From: Octopus sinensis
Taxonomy: Eukaryota
Length of the DNA stretch: 20,446 nucleotides
Direction of reading: 5' to 3'
Assembly: GCF_006345805.1 (NCBI RefSeq)
Contig: NW_021824033.1
Location: 1 to 20,446, forward strand
Below are positions 17,840 to 20,446 of the stretch, in pieces (the first letter of the stretch is position 1; each line of letters starts with the position of its first letter). The translations under genes were made by a program, and so were the position numbers. Under the pieces are notes generated by a model. That model saw only the letters and a program-made list of their open reading frames with translations. It was not told the DNA's origin and searched no databases.

Positions 17840-18353
17840 TGGTACTTATTTAATCGACCCCGAAAGGATGCAAGGCAAAGTCGACCTCGGCGGAATTTAA
17901 ACTCAGAACGTAACGGCAGACGAAATACCCATTTCTTTACTACCCACAAGGGGCTAAACACAGAGAGGACAAACAAGGACAGACAAACGGACTAAGTCCA
18001 TTATATCGATCCCAGTGTGTAACTGGTCTTTAATTTATCGACCCCGAAAGGATGAAAGGCAAAGTCGACCTCGGCGGAATTTGAACTCAGAACGTAACGG
18101 CAGACGAAATACCTATTCCTTTACTACCCACAAGGGGCTAAACACAGAGAGGACAAACAAGGGCAGACAAACGGATTAAGTCGATTATATCGACCCCAGT
18201 GCGTAACTGGTATTTATTTAATCAACCCCGAAAGGATGAAAGGCAAAGTCGACCTCGGCGGAATTTGAACTCAGAACGTAGCGGCAGACGAAATACCGCT
18301 CAGCTATTCGCCCGGCGTGCTAACGTTTCTGCCAGCTCCACACAGCTCCGCCT
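17840..18353 (-). mobile_element. Meta-like SINE with a head plus a 184-bp tandem array (about 2.5 units)
   Basis: GTCGACCTCGGCGG recurs at 17880, 18064 and 18248 (period 184). Only the unit nearest 18353 carries the tRNA-like head. Confidence 0.95.
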
Positions 18354-18399
18354 GCACTTATATTGTTTATAATTTAGAGACACTATACTAGCAATCTTG

Positions 18400-18520
18400 A
18401 TTGGCACTTTATTTTTTCGTCCCCGGATTGATGAAAGACAACGTTAACTCCGGTGGGAATAGAATTTAGAAGGCAAAAAGGCGGGACCTTTACTGAGGCT
18501 CCAAAGAACCCGCCAGACCG
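18400..18520 (-). mobile_element. Old, highly diverged Meta-like SINE
   Basis: TGGCACTTTATTTTTTCGTCCCCGGATTGATGAAAGACAACGTTAACTCCGGTGGGAATAGAATTTAGAA aligns loosely to TGGTACTTATTTAATCGACCCCGAAAGGATG.AAGGCAAAGTCGACCTCGGCGGAATTTGAACTCAGAA. Confidence 0.6.
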
Positions 18521-18754
18521 CCTAATTATATTTCATGAATGTAGGACAGCATAATGGAATGTATTTTTTTATTAGTACAATAGGATGTGGTTTCATTTAG
18601 ACTAAACGACTGTTTATACCAAGTTCACTATTTACGTATGGGCTTCTCTTATTTCTTTCAAATTTTAAAATGGAGTGGAGGCGGAGAATCTGTAAAATAC
18701 CACGTTGGTAAAAATTTTATATGGCCTGGAGCCGTAATCACACCAGTATAAAAG

Positions 18755-18815
18755 GATGTGACAGTCATGGCTGGAACGTTTCTGAGAGCTGGTGACCTGA
18801 GGCTAAAACGAGAGC
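18755..18815 (+). mobile_element. 3' end of the unnamed dispersed family
   Basis: GACAGTCATGGCTGGAA...TGACCTGAGGCTAAAAC is the counterpart of the inverted copy at 4389-4455. Confidence 0.5.
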
Positions 18816-19032
18816 AACATATACTTATTCTTCTCAATGCTAAAGGATGAAAACCAGAGCAGCTTTTCTGAAATTCTAGCGATTCTGTCGTTCAACCATT
18901 CTGAGAGAATGTAAGAGAATGAGAATAAATAAAAGAACACAGAAGACAATTCTTTCATTCTGGTTTTGTTATGTCCGTTTTATTGTTGGGATGGAATTGG
19001 AATTATTCAAATATAATTTGTACGCACCTACG

Positions 19033-19359
19033 AATGTATGTATGTATGTATGTATGTATGTATGTATGTATGTATGTATGTATGTATGTATGTATGTATG
19101 TATGTATGTATGTATGTATGTGTGTATGTATGTATGTATGTATGTATGAATGTATGTATGAATGTATGTATGTATACATACGCATACATATATATGTATA
19201 CTTACATATGTACGCATATATGCATCAGTATATATCCATATATTATAATATATTATACATATATACAGACACATAATCATATTATCATTTAATCATATAT
19301 ATGTGTATATACACACTCATATATACTCATATGCCTAAACACACACATACATATCCATG

Positions 19360-19398
<39 letters not shown>

Positions 19399-19445
19399 CA
19401 TACACCACACACCACACACACACCACACACACACACACACACCAC

Positions 19446-19495
<50 letters not shown>

Positions 19496-19620
19496 CGTCC
19501 ATACATACGTACATACGTACATATATACATACATGCATACATTCATAGATTCATACATTCATACATTCATGCATACATTTACACACGCATGCGCGCGCAC
19601 ACACTCACAGATCCACAGAT
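19033..19620. repeat. (TATG)n followed by mixed (TA)n/(CA)n/(CATA)n tracts
   Basis: Directly visible. Confidence 0.97.
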
Positions 19621-19827
19621 CTATACATATTTAACATATTTCCGTGCTTATAAAGGACTACATAATATAATTATTGAACAAAAAAGAAAGAAAAGACAAA
19701 AAAAAAAAAGAAAGAAAAAGGAAGAAAGATGTTGGCGTTATGGCAGACACGAGAAATAACAAAACGTTTACATGTACCATCTCCGAGGCTTCTTCCGGCG
19801 GACATATAAATGTTTCTTTATTTCAGA

Positions 19828-20182
19828 ACATCATCATCATCATCATCATCATCGTCGTCAACAACGACCACAACAACAACAACAACGAATAATAATAATA
19901 ATAATAATGATAATAATAATAATAATAACAACAACAACAATGATAATAATAATAATAATAATAATAATATAATAATATAATAATAACAATAATAATAACA
20001 ATGATATATATAATAATAAATAATAATAATAATGAAATAATAAATAATAATAATATAATGATAATAAAAATAATAATAATATAATAACAATGATAATAAT
20101 GATAATAATAATAATAATAATAATAATAATATAATAATAAAATGATAATGATAATAATAATCTACTAATAATAATAATAATG

Positions 20183-20213
<31 letters not shown>

Positions 20214-20230
20214 TAATAATAATAATAATA

Positions 20231-20276
<46 letters not shown>

Positions 20277-20296
20277 TAATAATAATAACAATAATG
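19828..20296. repeat. Compound (CAT)n-(CAA)n-(AAT)n array
   Basis: Directly visible. Confidence 0.99.
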
Positions 20297-20446
20297 ATAC
20301 AGTCGCCTTGTGACTACTGCCGACGGCGCATGCGTGAAGGAGGCCACCTGTGTTGCTAAACCATACGTCTTTATTCAATGGTGATGATAATAAACGCCAG
20401 TGGAATCAGTCAGTTGATGTGATTATGCAGGCTGCGTTTGACAGTG

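Noticed and set aside
1-20446. Known miRNAs, snRNAs, rRNA or telomerase template
   Set aside because: I saw no match to the conserved sequences I recall; this was a by-eye check only and lineage-specific RNAs cannot be excluded.

Overview
Gene-free, extremely repeat-dense eukaryotic DNA, very probably an intron or intergenic region of an Octopus (coleoid cephalopod) genome. The organism call rests on the SINE families I recognise from memory and on the microsatellite load; no search was run. I find no credible host protein-coding gene, and almost every long ORF in the track is a microsatellite translation. The window holds: (i) many tRNA-derived SINE copies of at least three structural types, one forming a 184-bp tandem array; (ii) decayed non-LTR retrotransposon fragments recognisable at protein level, namely two Tx1-like, three R4/Dong-like and one RTE-like with a partial second copy; (iii) two Penelope-like terminal remnants with degenerate minimal hammerhead-like motifs; (iv) a 219-bp hAT MITE with a perfect 8-bp target-site duplication (TSD) and a palindromic MITE-like element with a perfect 39-bp stem; (v) long di-, tri- and tetranucleotide tracts, one with a higher-order repeat. 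I see no strong evidence for a new biological system. The best leads are a SINE-head/Tx1-RT/(TAAA)n chimera, the long hairpin, the hammerhead-like motifs and a covarying 3' stem-loop shared by different SINE tails. Family names come from recalled consensus motifs and need confirming in Dfam/Repbase.
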